A DNA stretch of 64,000 nt, taken from the NCBI GenBank assembly GCA_964016885.1, contig OZ024743.1:198090001-198154000 (forward strand). The letters run 5' to 3'. The position numbers were made by a program, and so were the translations under genes. Below the pieces are notes generated by a model. That model saw only the letters and a program-made list of their open reading frames with translations. It searched no databases and was not told the origin of the DNA. Shown here piece after piece: positions 1 to 11,460 of this stretch; the stretch's first letter is position 1; each line of letters starts with the position of its first letter. Origin of the DNA: Eledone cirrhosa. Taxonomy: Eukaryota.

Positions 1-666
1 CTCTTTCTCTCCATATAGATAAATAGATACATTTTGATATATGTACTTCTGCTCTTAACAGTGACTTTTAGTAGAGCTGCTTCAATTTAGATCAAACGCC
101 CTCTACTTCTAGCAGCGTTGGTCCCCCTGTATCCTTATATTGTAACGACCTCACCATGTGCGTTCATAGTTTCTTTTGAATCTATGATGGATGGTCGTTT
201 CTAATGCGTTTATTAAAACTAATTTCTACTAAGGATGCGTTGGTTGATGCACTTCTATGTTTCCTGGCACAGAAAAAGGTGCAACGTGTCTTTCGGCTAG
301 CACAGCAAGGTATATTAACAAATAATAATAATAATTTCTTTGGTATTTGAGAGCACAGATTACGGTACCAGCGAAGTTTGAAAATGGTAACAATGGAAAG
401 TAGGGATTTTGAATAAAGTTTCCCGAACCAAGTATAAGAAGAGAGCAATAAACATACCCTGTCAGAGTTGAAGTCATGTAGTGAGGGAAAGAATAAGTTA
501 GATCAGAAATTTGGGCATGCATCAGCATGTAGAGAGGAGAAAATAGGAAGAGAAAAGTAAGAAAACAGAAAGAGTGAAAACGGAGTAAGCTGAGAGAAAA
601 ATCGAGAGTTTCTGCGCTGGTAAAGAAACAGTTAATCAAAGAAAGAGCCAGTAGCGTTTCAGTAAA

Positions 667-945
667 AATTGTTTCTACTTTTGGCACAAGGCCAGCAATT
701 ATCCCAGTGCATTACTGGTGCTTTATTTTATCGACCCCGTAATGATGAAAGGCAAAAGTTTATCATTACGGTGTCGATAAAATAAAGCACTAGTAATACA
801 CTGTGATAATTGCTGGCCTTGTGCCAAAAGTAGAAACATGTAATAATTGTTTCTACTTTAGGCACAAGGCCAGCAATTACCCAGTGCATTACTGGTACTT
901 TATTTCATCGACCCCGTAAGGATGAAAGGCAAAGTCAACCTCGGT
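667..945. mobile_element. Cluster of three 3' fragments of tRNA-derived SINE family A (minus, plus, minus); the first two form a hairpin
   Basis: Contains aattgtttctacttttggcacaaggccagcaatt...atcgaccccgtaa(t/g)gatgaaaggc. 670-746 and 762-838 are inverted copies. Confidence 0.85.
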
Positions 946-1876
946 TGTAATAATACATAGCAAAATTAAACGAGGAAAAGAATGAAGCACGCGAGTCGAA
1001 TGAACGAAAAGCAGCTAACTTTCTCGTCACTTCACTCTAAACAATACAATTTCGTGTAAAAGAGTGGGATTTCTTCCTATTGTGCTCAGGTTGCACGGCA
1101 GCTCGATCAAGCCACCGGACAGATGTATGCAAGACAACAAAATACCATAGGAACAACGAAAAACAAAGGAGTACAAATCTAAAACGGTACACAACTGGGG
1201 ACAGTACAGGATACTGTGGAGTGGAGTTATCATTTTTGATAAGTTTAATATGAATATGAAAATAGGTTTAATATAAAAATTATCAAATTAAAATGTTAGT
1301 TATAGGAAATCGCTGAAAATTCAGTGTGAGGGAGGGAGAGGAAGAAGAAGAAGAAGAAGAAGAAGAAGAAGAAGAAGAAGAAGAACAACAACAACAACAA
1401 CAACAACAACAACTGTTAAAATTGATCCATATGAAACCGTAATTCTGGCGCTTATTTATTTACGAAAGTGTACAACAGAGAGGCCGCAAAATGGCGAGGT
1501 GTAAGTAATGGGCAAACTCAGTAGGTGGGCGTGGCTAAATGCATTATTTGACATTAGAAGACAAAATCAGGAGTTGGTAGGAGAAGTAGTGTTTCCGTAT
1601 TTAGCGAGATTTGCTGAAATAATTAGTCAGTTGTATATTTCAAACGACGACTTAAAGCCTGAATTGATTTTCCAGATTTAGATGGGAGGAAATAATATAA
1701 TTTCAAGTAACAATACGCTCAATTTGTCTGAAACAATTTACAGCCAGGATCAGTGTTCCGTGGTTTTATTGAAACTAGGCTCTCTTTCTAACAGCAGTTG
1801 GTCAATGAACAGGACAACGATAGAAGATTATAAAATGGGCAACACACGCACTCACACACACACACACACACACACA

Positions 1877-1926
<50 letters not shown>

Positions 1927-3023
1927 CTCTCTCTCTCTCTCACGCACATACACATACAAGCATATATATATATATATATATGTAAATATATATATATACA
2001 TATATGTGCGTGTGTGTTTGTGTGTACAGAAAGAGGGCGGAAGCGGAAGAAAAAGAAAGGTGGATGAATTAATAAAGTGAGCGAAAGCGAGAGCGAGAGA
2101 AAGAGACAGGGAGAGAGGGGGGGGGGGATGGACAATGTTAAAAAGAATTAAAAAGAATAAGGAGAATGAGAAGGAACAGAGAGGATATTATATCCAATCA
2201 ATGCTCATTTGAGTGTATGCTGATTCGATGTAGTTAAAAGACGAGTATTTTTAGTATCTTTTCTCTGGTGACATGGGCAGATTTCAATTGGTTATAATGA
2301 AATTACTGAACACAAACGATAACATTCTGCTAGACGTGAAGTTAAAATGTTTTAATTGAAACTGTAATACTGGAAAAACAAAAAGAACAGATAAAAATAT
2401 AATAATCTCATTCGAAGAGAAGTTAAAGTTAATATGTAAAAATTAAAATCTAGAATGTTTTTAGCATTTACATAATTTACTACATTAGTGTATTGTGTTA
2501 TGCATTCGAACAGATTGACCGCCAAACGGAATGTGGTTACAGTATTTCGTATAATAGAATTTTCTGGGAGTGACCACATGTATCACTCGTAGTATACATA
2601 GAATAACCATTTCTTAACCGTGCAAGTCAAGATTCCATTGCGTTGATATAGAACGTCCTGTTGCATGCTACCTCATAGACCTCTGACTATTGCTGGTCGT
2701 GACGTTGTGGTAATCAATGAGAAAAGTTTGATACCTCGTAAAGTTTTATCACATTCAAGAACTGGAACATAACAACTGTGACACTATCTTTGTATACCAC
2801 CAAAACTCTGTGATTGTGTGCTTGTCTGTAATTTAATACAGCCAAAACGGTGCATAATTGGAAAATTCTTTTAAAGGAAGTTGCCCTCGAAATATGAATA
2901 CAAATGGAATAAAACAAGTTTCGCGTAAATCGGAGTATGCGTTCCCGAGATACGGGGTTTTCCGGATACCTTCATAAATAGAGAGATAAAAAGATAGAGA
3001 GAAAGAGATAGTGGATGTGATTT

Positions 3024-3087
<64 letters not shown>

Positions 3088-3594
3088 CTGGTGGTGTTGT
3101 TGAATTATATTATAACAGGGGATTTCGAAGAATCAAATACAACAAAGCTGCATCTAACTCGAATTTAGTGACTGAATATTAAGTCATATGTATCATGATT
3201 TGTGTTAAAACAGCATTTATGTAGCGAATATTTCCTGCTAAATAGGAAGGGTTTCTAAGAGTGTATATATATATATATATAAATTAGAAATTGATTGACA
3301 TATATATATATATATATCTAAAATAAACACATGAAACAATCACAGGGGATAATTTGTAAAGTGTGTAAGCACACGCAGCTAGGTAGGTAACTAATTAAAG
3401 TTTAACTAGAACTTTAAATATAGATACCTTTTAAAATGATTAATCTTACTTGCATATGGATATATATATATACAGAGAGAGAGAGAGAGAGAGAGGGAGA
3501 AAGAGAGAGAGAGAGTGAGAGAGAGAGATACATGTGTGTGTGTGTGTGTGTCTGTGTGTCTGTGATTAGTGTATGTAAGTCACAGACACCCATA

Positions 3595-3727
3595 GGTACA
3601 ACTCATTTTTGCCAGCTGAGTGGACTGGAGCAACGTGAAATAAAGTGTCTTGCTCAAGAACGCAATGTTCCAACGGGAATCGAACTCACGACCTTACTAT
3701 TGTGAGCCGAATACACTAACCATGCGC
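3595..3727 (-). mobile_element. tRNA-derived SINE family B (CORE-like)
   Basis: Reverse strand has B-box gagttcgattcc followed by ttcttgagcaagacact..ctccagtccactcagctg..aaatgagt. Homologous to 9546-9685. Confidence 0.75.
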
Positions 3728-3753
3728 TTTCACACACATAAATACATATATAA

Positions 3754-3828
<75 letters not shown>

Positions 3829-3882
3829 AACACAAGCACATACATATATATAAACACACACACACACATATATATATATACA

Positions 3883-3939
<57 letters not shown>

Positions 3940-3945
<6 letters not shown>

Positions 3946-4430
3946 ATTAAATAAATGGAAACTATATTTATAAAACCATATTTATTTCATTATATATATT
4001 TCAGGGATATCATATTAACAATATGCTATGCCTTCCTCAGACAAAATACAATATAAACAGTTTTATAGATAAATAGATTTGACATACCGTAACAACATCG
4101 ACTTGTATTTGAAAAAGTTGGATTGGCAGTGAAAAAATTGTACACTTTTTTCACTGCCAATCCAACTTTTTCAAATACAAGTCGATGTTGTTACGGTATG
4201 TCAAATCTATTTATCTATAAAACTGTTTATATTGTATTTTGTCTGAGGAAGGCATAGCATATTGTTAATATGATATCCCTGAAATATATATAATGAAATA
4301 AATATGGTTTTATAAATATAGTTTCCATTTATTTAATATTGTAAATATACTCCAAATACTTGTCGAGTGCTTTTATATCAGTTATAAATATTTACTAGTT
4401 GTAACCCAACAATTTAAATATAACTTTCCA
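3940..4430 (+). mobile_element. Fold-back insertion (PLE pLTR-like) with ~198-bp inverted arms and a 3' tail, in (TA)n
   Basis: Arms 3940-4137 and 4146-4343 read as exact reverse complements around an 8-nt spacer. The right arm has CTGAGGA (4243-4249) agg..cct GAAA (4281-4284). Confidence 0.75.
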
Positions 4431-4468
4431 TATATATATATATATATATATATATAGGAACCAGTAAG

Positions 4469-4562
4469 ACCCCGACAGCTGAGCTCAAGCCGTTTCGACG
4501 GCTAATTCTGGACTAAATGAAAATTTATCCTGGTATTTAAATAGCCGATCTTCTCAAGGGGT
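4469..4562 (-). ncRNA. Type-I hammerhead ribozyme (U3-A8 core variant) in the 3' pLTR of the Naiad element
   Basis: acccc-TTGAGAA-ga(t)cggcta..long loop..tagccgtc-GAAA-cggct tgagctc agct-GTC^ggggt. Stem I acccc/ggggt, stem III acggct/agctgt, GUC cleavage triplet. Confidence 0.8.
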
Positions 4563-5666
4563 AATTCCATATATGGTCAAAGTGATTGTCAAAAATCAGT
4601 AGTAATTCTGTGGTTGCAAATTAGTAGGGGAGATGGTGGCTAAACCTGCCAGTAGGAGAAAGAGGGGAGGGGGTGGAGTAGACCCAATCAAGCGTTGGTA
4701 GTGCCAGCTACAGCTGGGCATGAGGTCAAAGAAGATACAGGGGAGGGGGAGGGGGAGGAAGTCGGAACGGTAGGTAGAACAATGGGGGGTAGAAATAGGA
4801 AATAAAAAATACTGAGAGTGAAGAAAAGCAAATAAGTGTAAAGAAAAAAGTAAAGTAAATTAAATTCTACGACCTAGGTGTCAGGCTATTGTTAGGCGAG
4901 AATAAAATAAAGAAAGAAAGAAAGAAGTAAATAAATAAATAAATAAATAAATAAGGAAATAAGTAAGAGAACTAGGTGGGACGGATAAGGCAAGGACCCT
5001 TTTAAGAGGTATAAGTACGTAAATGATACGGTGACGGGTCAACAAAAGGGGCCAAAATACTAAAGAGACTACCACGAAATAAACAATAAAGGTTTCCATC
5101 CCGGGCCAGCAACGACCCAGTGCAGCAAAGTGAACTTGTACGAGATAATAATTCTGAGTCCCGAGAAAAATAAATACTAATGCTAACTCTAAAAGATCTA
5201 AAACAAGCTACATGAAAGTTCGTACGAAATAAAGGTAGAATACGGAGAAATAAATTCAGAATCCACCCCGCCCAGAAGAAAAGCGAAGCAAGAAATACTG
5301 AAAGAAATACTGAAACGAAAAAATAAGGCATGTGCCACTAAGAAATATAGAGGGCACAGAGAATAGTGGGAGCGGTCGGAAAAAGGGGGAAAATATCCGG
5401 GGTCTAAGCCAACTGCTATAAAGGGCGGAGTCCGCCAAATCTATCAAAGACTAGGGGAGGGGGGGTGGGGGTACTAAGGCTACATGGGGCCAAAGGGCAG
5501 CCTCGGGTGGGCGAGAAAAGACGCCGACAAAGGAGAGGAGCTGGGGTAGAAGGACAAAGGAGAGAGGGGGGAAGGAAATAAAGGAAGCGATAAAAGAATA
5601 CAAAGAAGATCTTACGTCTTCCTTGGCAAGCAGGGGTTACCCATTGCAAAATCGGCAACTGGGGTG

Positions 5667-7838
5667 TTATAGCCCTAGTCTACCCCCCCCCCCCGGGTCA
5701 TTGTGGGGTTTGAGGGCGAGGTAAGTCCTACGCAATCTATGTTTACATGCAGTAACCAGTTCATCTTTCTTGTTTAGGAGTTGGTCCGTCGAAAACAGCA
5801 TTTGTAAAGTTTCCTCCGAGCATAAATTGCACGGACGGCGTCCTCCCGTGTAAGAATTGGCTCTGGACAGTAATCTCCAAGTGAGATCATAGGTGATGTT
5901 GTTGTCCTTGAGGTCCCATATGTGGCCCGAAAGTGTAGTGGCGTGACGCCGGGCCGGGTTTCGGAAGGTATGTCTATGTTGGTATAGCCGGGTCTTGAAG
6001 TCACATGCGGTAAGTCCTATATAGGCTTTGTTGGAGGTATCCGTCCTCACGTTGCACTGGTAGATCACATTACGGTCTCTGCATCTATTGTCGAGTGGGC
6101 AAATAGATCTATCCGGGCAGTTACACCTCCTGGTCGGTTCTCCACTGCTAATTAGGTTATTTCTGCCATCGGGGTTGAGTTTTTTGTTGTTAGAGGAGAC
6201 GATGTTTTGTGCGAAGTTTGGTGTAGTGCTGTAAGAGAGTTTGATGGTATTTTTGTTAATTATGTTGTGGTAGCGGTGTTGTAATGGGAAGTGTTTTTCA
6301 ATGAGTCTAAAGAATAGTTTCCCGATGGGAGTAGTCACCTCTGCGTTGTGGGGAGGATTAAACCATGTTACATTGCGTGAGCGGCGGTGTCTCCTGCTGG
6401 TTCCGCTAATGGGAGCTGGACAGTAGGATATTCACTCCCGGAAACCACTCCGCTTGAGGGCCTGGTTGTAATAAGGCGCATGTTCATCGAATATCCGCTC
6501 ATTAGCTGACAAACGGGATATGCGGAGGGAGATGTTTTTGACCAGGTTGTTTGTGATGTTCCTAGGATGGTTTGATCGGCGGTGGATGTAGTGCAGATTG
6601 TCATTAGGTTTCCTGTATGGGTAGTACAGGTCGTTTTCGAGGTCGAGGGTTACGTCCAGAAAGTTTACTCGGGTCAGGGACGTTTGTAGGGTTATTTTAA
6701 ATCCCCAGTCGCGGAAGAATCTGATTAATTGTTTCCGGACCCGATCTGTACTACTGGGGTTGTACCCTTTAAGGGTAAGGAGCCCATCATCACGGTACAA
6801 TCCACCACCGAATGCAGGAAACATATCAGTGAGTTTGGCTATTAGGAATAATCCTATAAGATCAGTGACCTCCGCCGAATCTGTGGCGCCCATGCTGACG
6901 TCGAAGGGTGAGTCGGGAGCTCTTTTTATCCATTTAGAGTCGTCAAAGAGTAAGACTGTCTTCCTGGCGTGGAGGATGATTTTTCTTTCCTGGTCGGTGA
7001 TGGGCACGAGTGTTTCGGCGAAGTCCAAGGCGGCAGTAAGTAGCGGTAAGGTGATTGAAGCATAGTAGCTCTCTATGTCGAACTGTATGAATTTAGTTTC
7101 TCGTTTATCCTCCATATTGCTGAACCAGGAGATTACTTCCTGGGTGTTGATCCATAGGCTAAGTCGGGTGTGTTGCTTGACTTTTGGTATCACGCGGTCT
7201 AGGATTTTTTTGCTGATTCTCCCTATGTCGGACTTCGTTGGGTTAATAAGCCTGATGGAGGGTTTACAGTCAAAATCGGATTTATGGTCCTTCAGTGTGA
7301 AGTATGGTGTCCGTGGGTCTAGAGGTTCCGTGCGGTCGGCGACCCCGAGGCTGGAGGTGATTTGTTGTCCATCTCGATTTATGTCCTCGATACAAGAGTG
7401 GTTGGCCTTTTTATAGGTGGAGTTTAGACTGCTCCTGATCAGTGTGTGGTATCTGTCAGGGTTGACAAAGTATAGGTTCCCAGTTTTATCCGAATGCACC
7501 ATGATGTCATTTGTGTTATCATACTCTGTTAAGTTGCTACGGAGTTTTTGTAGGAATCGGTTGTGTCTGGGTTTAAATTTAATGTTCTTGACCAGTTGGA
7601 AGAGGGCATTCTCGAAGGGTGCGAGCAATGGGTTCAGGGGCGGAGATTTGTAGGTAATAAATCCGAATCTCTCCTTGGTGCCGAAGTCTTGGTTGTCGCA
7701 ATATCTGTCATAGAAAAAAGTTCTCCATCTAAGTCTTTTCGCAAATAGATCAATTTTTTGCGTGAGCATCCGAAGGTAAAGTTTTTTCGGTGGGATTGGG
7801 ATGTTCTTGGTAGAGAAGTCAATGTTGTGTTTTCGCAT
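5667..7838 (-). CDS. PLE reverse transcriptase / GIY-YIG endonuclease (~723 codons, one in-frame TGA at 6432-6434)
   Basis: Likely start MRKHNIDFSTKNIPIPP. Motifs: DKT (DKG-like), FDIESYY, MGATDSAEVTDL, YRDDGL, FLDVTLD. Track ORFs 6432..8099 and 5667..6338 are in the same frame, separated only by TGA (..SGFRE*ISYCP..RRSRNVTWFNPP). C-terminal part has CNCPDRSICPLDNRC, VIYQC..AYIGLT, RLYQH, CNLCSEE and LLNKKDELVTACKH, as in Naiad-clade PLEs. Confidence 0.9.
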
Positions 7839-8169
7839 GGTGCGGGTGAAATGAATTGAGCTTAGCAGAAAAGTCTGGATACGGCGTGGTAGGGTCGGAA
7901 AGTGCTCTACTACGGGAGTAGGAGCTAGATAACGAAGGAAATGTGGTAAGGAACCAGGTGGACCATAACGCACCAAAGTACTCAATACTTGAGGTAGTAG
8001 AGTGGGTAATAGGAACCAGTAAGACCCCGACCCCAACGCTTGATTGGGTCTACTCCACCCCCCTCCCCTCTTTCTCCTACTGGCAGGTTTAGCCACCATC
8101 TCCCCTACTAATTTGCAACCACAGAATTACTACTGATTTTTGACAATCACTTTGACCATATATGGAATT

Positions 8170-8263
8170 ACCCCTTGAGAAGATCGGCTATTTAAATACC
8201 AGGATAAATTTTCATTTAGTCCAGAATTAGCCGTCGAAACGGCTTGAGCTCAGCTGTCGGGGT
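8170..8263 (+). ncRNA. Type-I hammerhead ribozyme (U3-A8 variant) in the inverted 5' pLTR
   Basis: Reverse-complement copy of 4469-4562: TTGAGAA 8175-8181, GAAA 8236-8239, GTC 8256-8258. Confidence 0.8.
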
Positions 8264-8354
8264 CTTACTGGTTCCTATTACCCACTCTACTACCTCAAGT
8301 ATTGAGTACTTTGGTGCGTTATGGTCCACCTGGTTCCTTACCACATTTCCTTCG

Positions 8355-8357
<3 letters not shown>

Positions 8358-8425
<68 letters not shown>

Positions 8426-9338
8426 AACACGCACACGTCTATATATATAAACACTCATACATAAATAAACAGATACACACACACACATATACACACATAT
8501 ATACATATAAACACACACACATATACACATAAGCAAACTCACATACATATATACACACACACATATACATATAAACACACACATAATATATATACACACT
8601 CATATACATATATATACACGCACACATATACATTTAAACACACATATACATATATATATACACACATATACATATATATATACACACATATATACATATA
8701 TACACACACTCATATACATATATAAACACACACACATACATATAAACACACACACATATAACATATATATACACACACATATCCATATAAACACTCTCAT
8801 ATACATATATATATATATACACACACATATGCATATAGACACACACTCATATACATATAAACACACACATATATACATATAAACCCACACATATACATAT
8901 ATACACACACACACATACACATATACACACACATATACATATATATATATACACACACACATAAATACACATATACACACATATAACATATATATACACA
9001 CACATATAAATATAAACCCACACACATATACATATACACACACACTCATATACATATATATATACACACACTCATATCCATATATATACACACATACATA
9101 TAAACACACACATACATATATATACACACACTCACATACATATGAACACACACATATATACATATATATATACACACATATATATGTATATACACACTCA
9201 TATACATATATATACACACACATATAACATATATATACACACACACATATACAAATAAACACACACACACATAACATATATACACACACATACATATATA
9301 CACACACTCACATACATATAAACACACATATATACACA
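8358..9338. repeat. Degenerate (TA)/(CA) compound microsatellite, ~1 kb
   Basis: Continuous acacacatatat-type array; source of the many CVYI-rich spurious ORFs. Confidence 0.95.
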
Positions 9339-9399
9339 CCGCCAATTTACTGTGAAACGCATTATTAAAACATTTTTCTTTCCTGTAACATTTATTTTG

Positions 9400-10086
9400 T
9401 CACTCTCTCTAAAAATGCTACCCCTCTCTCATTAAATCTTTATGCATTTCTCACCCTCTCTATATACCACAGCGCGCCTCACTCACTCTCACTAATCCAC
9501 TAAATTCTCTTCCCCTCTCTATATACCACTACCCAACTCTATCGTGGAGGCTCGTGGCCTAGTGGTAAGAGTGTTGGACTCATGATCATAATGTAGTGGG
9601 TTCGATTCCTGGGTTGCGTGTTGTGTTCTTGAGCAAAACACTTCATTTCACGTTGCTCCAGTATACTCAGCTGAAAATGAGTACCTCACAATACTCCCTC
9701 TATCACTAGGGCTATATACTCTCCCTTTTCTCTATAATCCACTACATACCTCACTCTCTCTCACAATTACCCCTCTCCCACAAAACCACAAAATTCTTTC
9801 CCATTCTTAATTCCCACTCTCTCACTAAACCAATAAATTCTCTCCCGCTCTCTATATTCCACAACATACCTCACTCTTTCTCACAGTTCGCCCGCTCTTA
9901 CTAGACGAACAAATTATCTCCCCCTCTATTTCCACTGCATACCTCACTCTCTCTCACAACACCTTCTCACTAAACCAACACTTTCTCTCCCGCTCTCTAT
10001 ATCCCACTACATACCTCACTGTCTCTCACAACCCCCCCTCTCTTACTAGCCCAGACTATTCTCTCTCCCTCTCTATATCACACTAC
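9400..10086. repeat. Degenerate CT-rich minisatellite (~60-70 bp unit) interrupted by a SINE
   Basis: Recurring aaattctctcccnctctctatatnccactacatacctcactctctctcacaa motif. Confidence 0.7.
9546..9685 (+). mobile_element. tRNA-derived SINE family B (CORE-like)
   Basis: A-box tggcctagtgg, B-box ggttcgattcc, then tgtgttcttgagcaaaacactt, which resembles the 5' half of the CORE domain. Confidence 0.8.
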
Positions 10087-10437
10087 AATATTTTTTACTT
10101 TGAAACAACAAATGTCCCCATCTTCTATAAAGAACGACAAAGTTCTCCATCTTCTGTGCCACGATTTGAACCCCTAGGGTGTGGGGGAGATGTTTCTTTT
10201 TTTTGGTGGTGTGCTTTTGTTGAATTATGTGACAGGAGTTTAAAATATGTGGTGGTGGTGTGGTGGTGTTGGTGGTGCTTTTTTATATATCTATCTATCC
10301 ATCTATCTATCTATATACTACTAAAATTCTGAGATTATGCATTTCAACGGCCATTGATAACGAGTGTTGCTTCAATTTAGAAAGTGAAACATTTTACCAG
10401 GATTAGAATATAGTTCTTATATTATATCATTATTTAA

Positions 10438-10836
10438 GAGGCAATGAATTGGCAGTATCGGTAGAGGGTCGGGCGCCAAGCTTTGACGCATACAGTTACG
10501 GCCCTTGCCATTCTGAGCTCAAATCCCGCCGAGGTTAACTTTGCCTTTCATCCTTACCGGTCGATAAAATAAAGTGTCAGTAATACATTGGCTAATTAGT
10601 GGCTTTGTGCCCAAAGTAGAAGCAATTATTTATTTTATTGTGGGCAGTGAATTGGCAGTATCGGTAGAGGGTCAGACGCCATGCTTTGAAGCATAGAGTT
10701 ACGGCCCTTTATCATCTGATTTTAAATCCTGTCGAGGTTCACTTTGCCTTTCATCCGTACGGGGTCGATAAAATAATGTACCAGTAATGCACTGTGGGAT
10801 AATTGCTGGCCTTGTGCCAAAAGCAGAACAAATTAT
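10438..10836 (+). mobile_element. Two tandem full-length copies of SINE family A
   Basis: Each has an A-box tggcagtatcgg, a degenerate B-box (gagctcaaatcc / gattttaaatcc), a central gcctttcatcc..gtcgataaaata segment and a ttgtgcc..aa(g)t/cagaa(g/c)caattatt tail. Confidence 0.88.
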
Positions 10837-10859
10837 TTATTTTATTGGACTCGATAGAT

Positions 10860-10969
10860 TCGTAGGAGTAGCGGTGGGGCTCGATATACACGGCAACGTT
10901 TCTTGGGCATTTAAAATCCGCCAGAGCCCATCTCTTCGGGTCTGAACAAATACGCCTTATTCCAGAGAC

Positions 10970-10972
<3 letters not shown>
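10860..10972 (-). mobile_element. Short pLTR-like fragment with a degenerate minimal hammerhead
   Basis: Minus strand reads CCGAAGA gatgggc..gcccaa GAAA cgTT, with palindromic AACGTT stem III. Abuts (TA)n. Confidence 0.45.
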
Positions 10973-11019
<47 letters not shown>

Positions 11020-11022
<3 letters not shown>

Positions 11023-11118
11023 CGAAGGAGGTGTGGTAAGGAACGAGATGGACCATAACGCACCAGAGTACTCAATACTTAGTCCAGAAATAGCCGTCGA
11101 AACGGGTTTAGCTCTGCA
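11020..11118. mobile_element. Rearranged fragment of the Naiad-type pLTR (inverted tail joined to the 3' half of the HHR)
   Basis: 11020-11080 matches 7930-7990. 11079-11116 (ttagtccagaaatagccgtcgaaacggg) matches 8216-8251. Confidence 0.8.
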
Positions 11119-11330
11119 GTATATTGCCAAATATACTATACATACATTCATCGCTATTTTAGAGCATCAATACTAATACCTAATTTTTGCTGGACCGGCA
11201 ATCGCTCTGTGTAATCAGCTCCTGATTATTACTGGAATTCTATAAGGATCTAGCTACTATAATTTTCAGCAAAAGCAGGGAAGTGCGTGGTTTTGATAAA
11301 CGCCAAACAGCGAGAAACAGACTGTCAGCC
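11119..11330 (+). mobile_element. Non-coding HHR-bearing repeat (retrozyme-like family C), copy 1
   Basis: Homologous to 31170-31550. HHR at 11289-11330: ggtt-TTGATAA-acgc caaaca gcga-GAAA-cagact-GTC^agcc. Confidence 0.72.
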
Positions 11331-11336
11331 TCTCTC

Positions 11337-11460
<124 letters not shown>

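Larger units (their letters stand above)
4457..8357 (-). mobile_element. Penelope-like retroelement, Naiad-type, near full length, with 3' pseudo-LTR and inverted 5' pseudo-LTR, inserted in a (TA)n array
   Basis: Contains an RT plus GIY-YIG ORF. 8033-8275 is the reverse complement of 4457-4698, and 7929-8031 is the reverse complement of 8256-8358, which is the partial-tandem plus inverted pLTR arrangement of PLEs. (TA)n lies on both flanks. Confidence 0.93.

Noticed and set aside
7839-8099. N-terminal extension of the 555-aa PLE ORF (MVAKPASRR...)
   Set aside because: It runs across the inversion junction at ~8031 into the inverted pLTR. The conserved Naiad-like N-terminus starts at ATG 7838.
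9546-9615. tRNA gene
   Set aside because: The A and B boxes belong to a SINE head. There is no acceptor stem, and the sequence continues into a multi-copy SINE body.
9400-10086. CRISPR-like repeat-spacer array
   Set aside because: Units are degenerate along their whole length with no unique spacers, in a eukaryotic context. It is a minisatellite.
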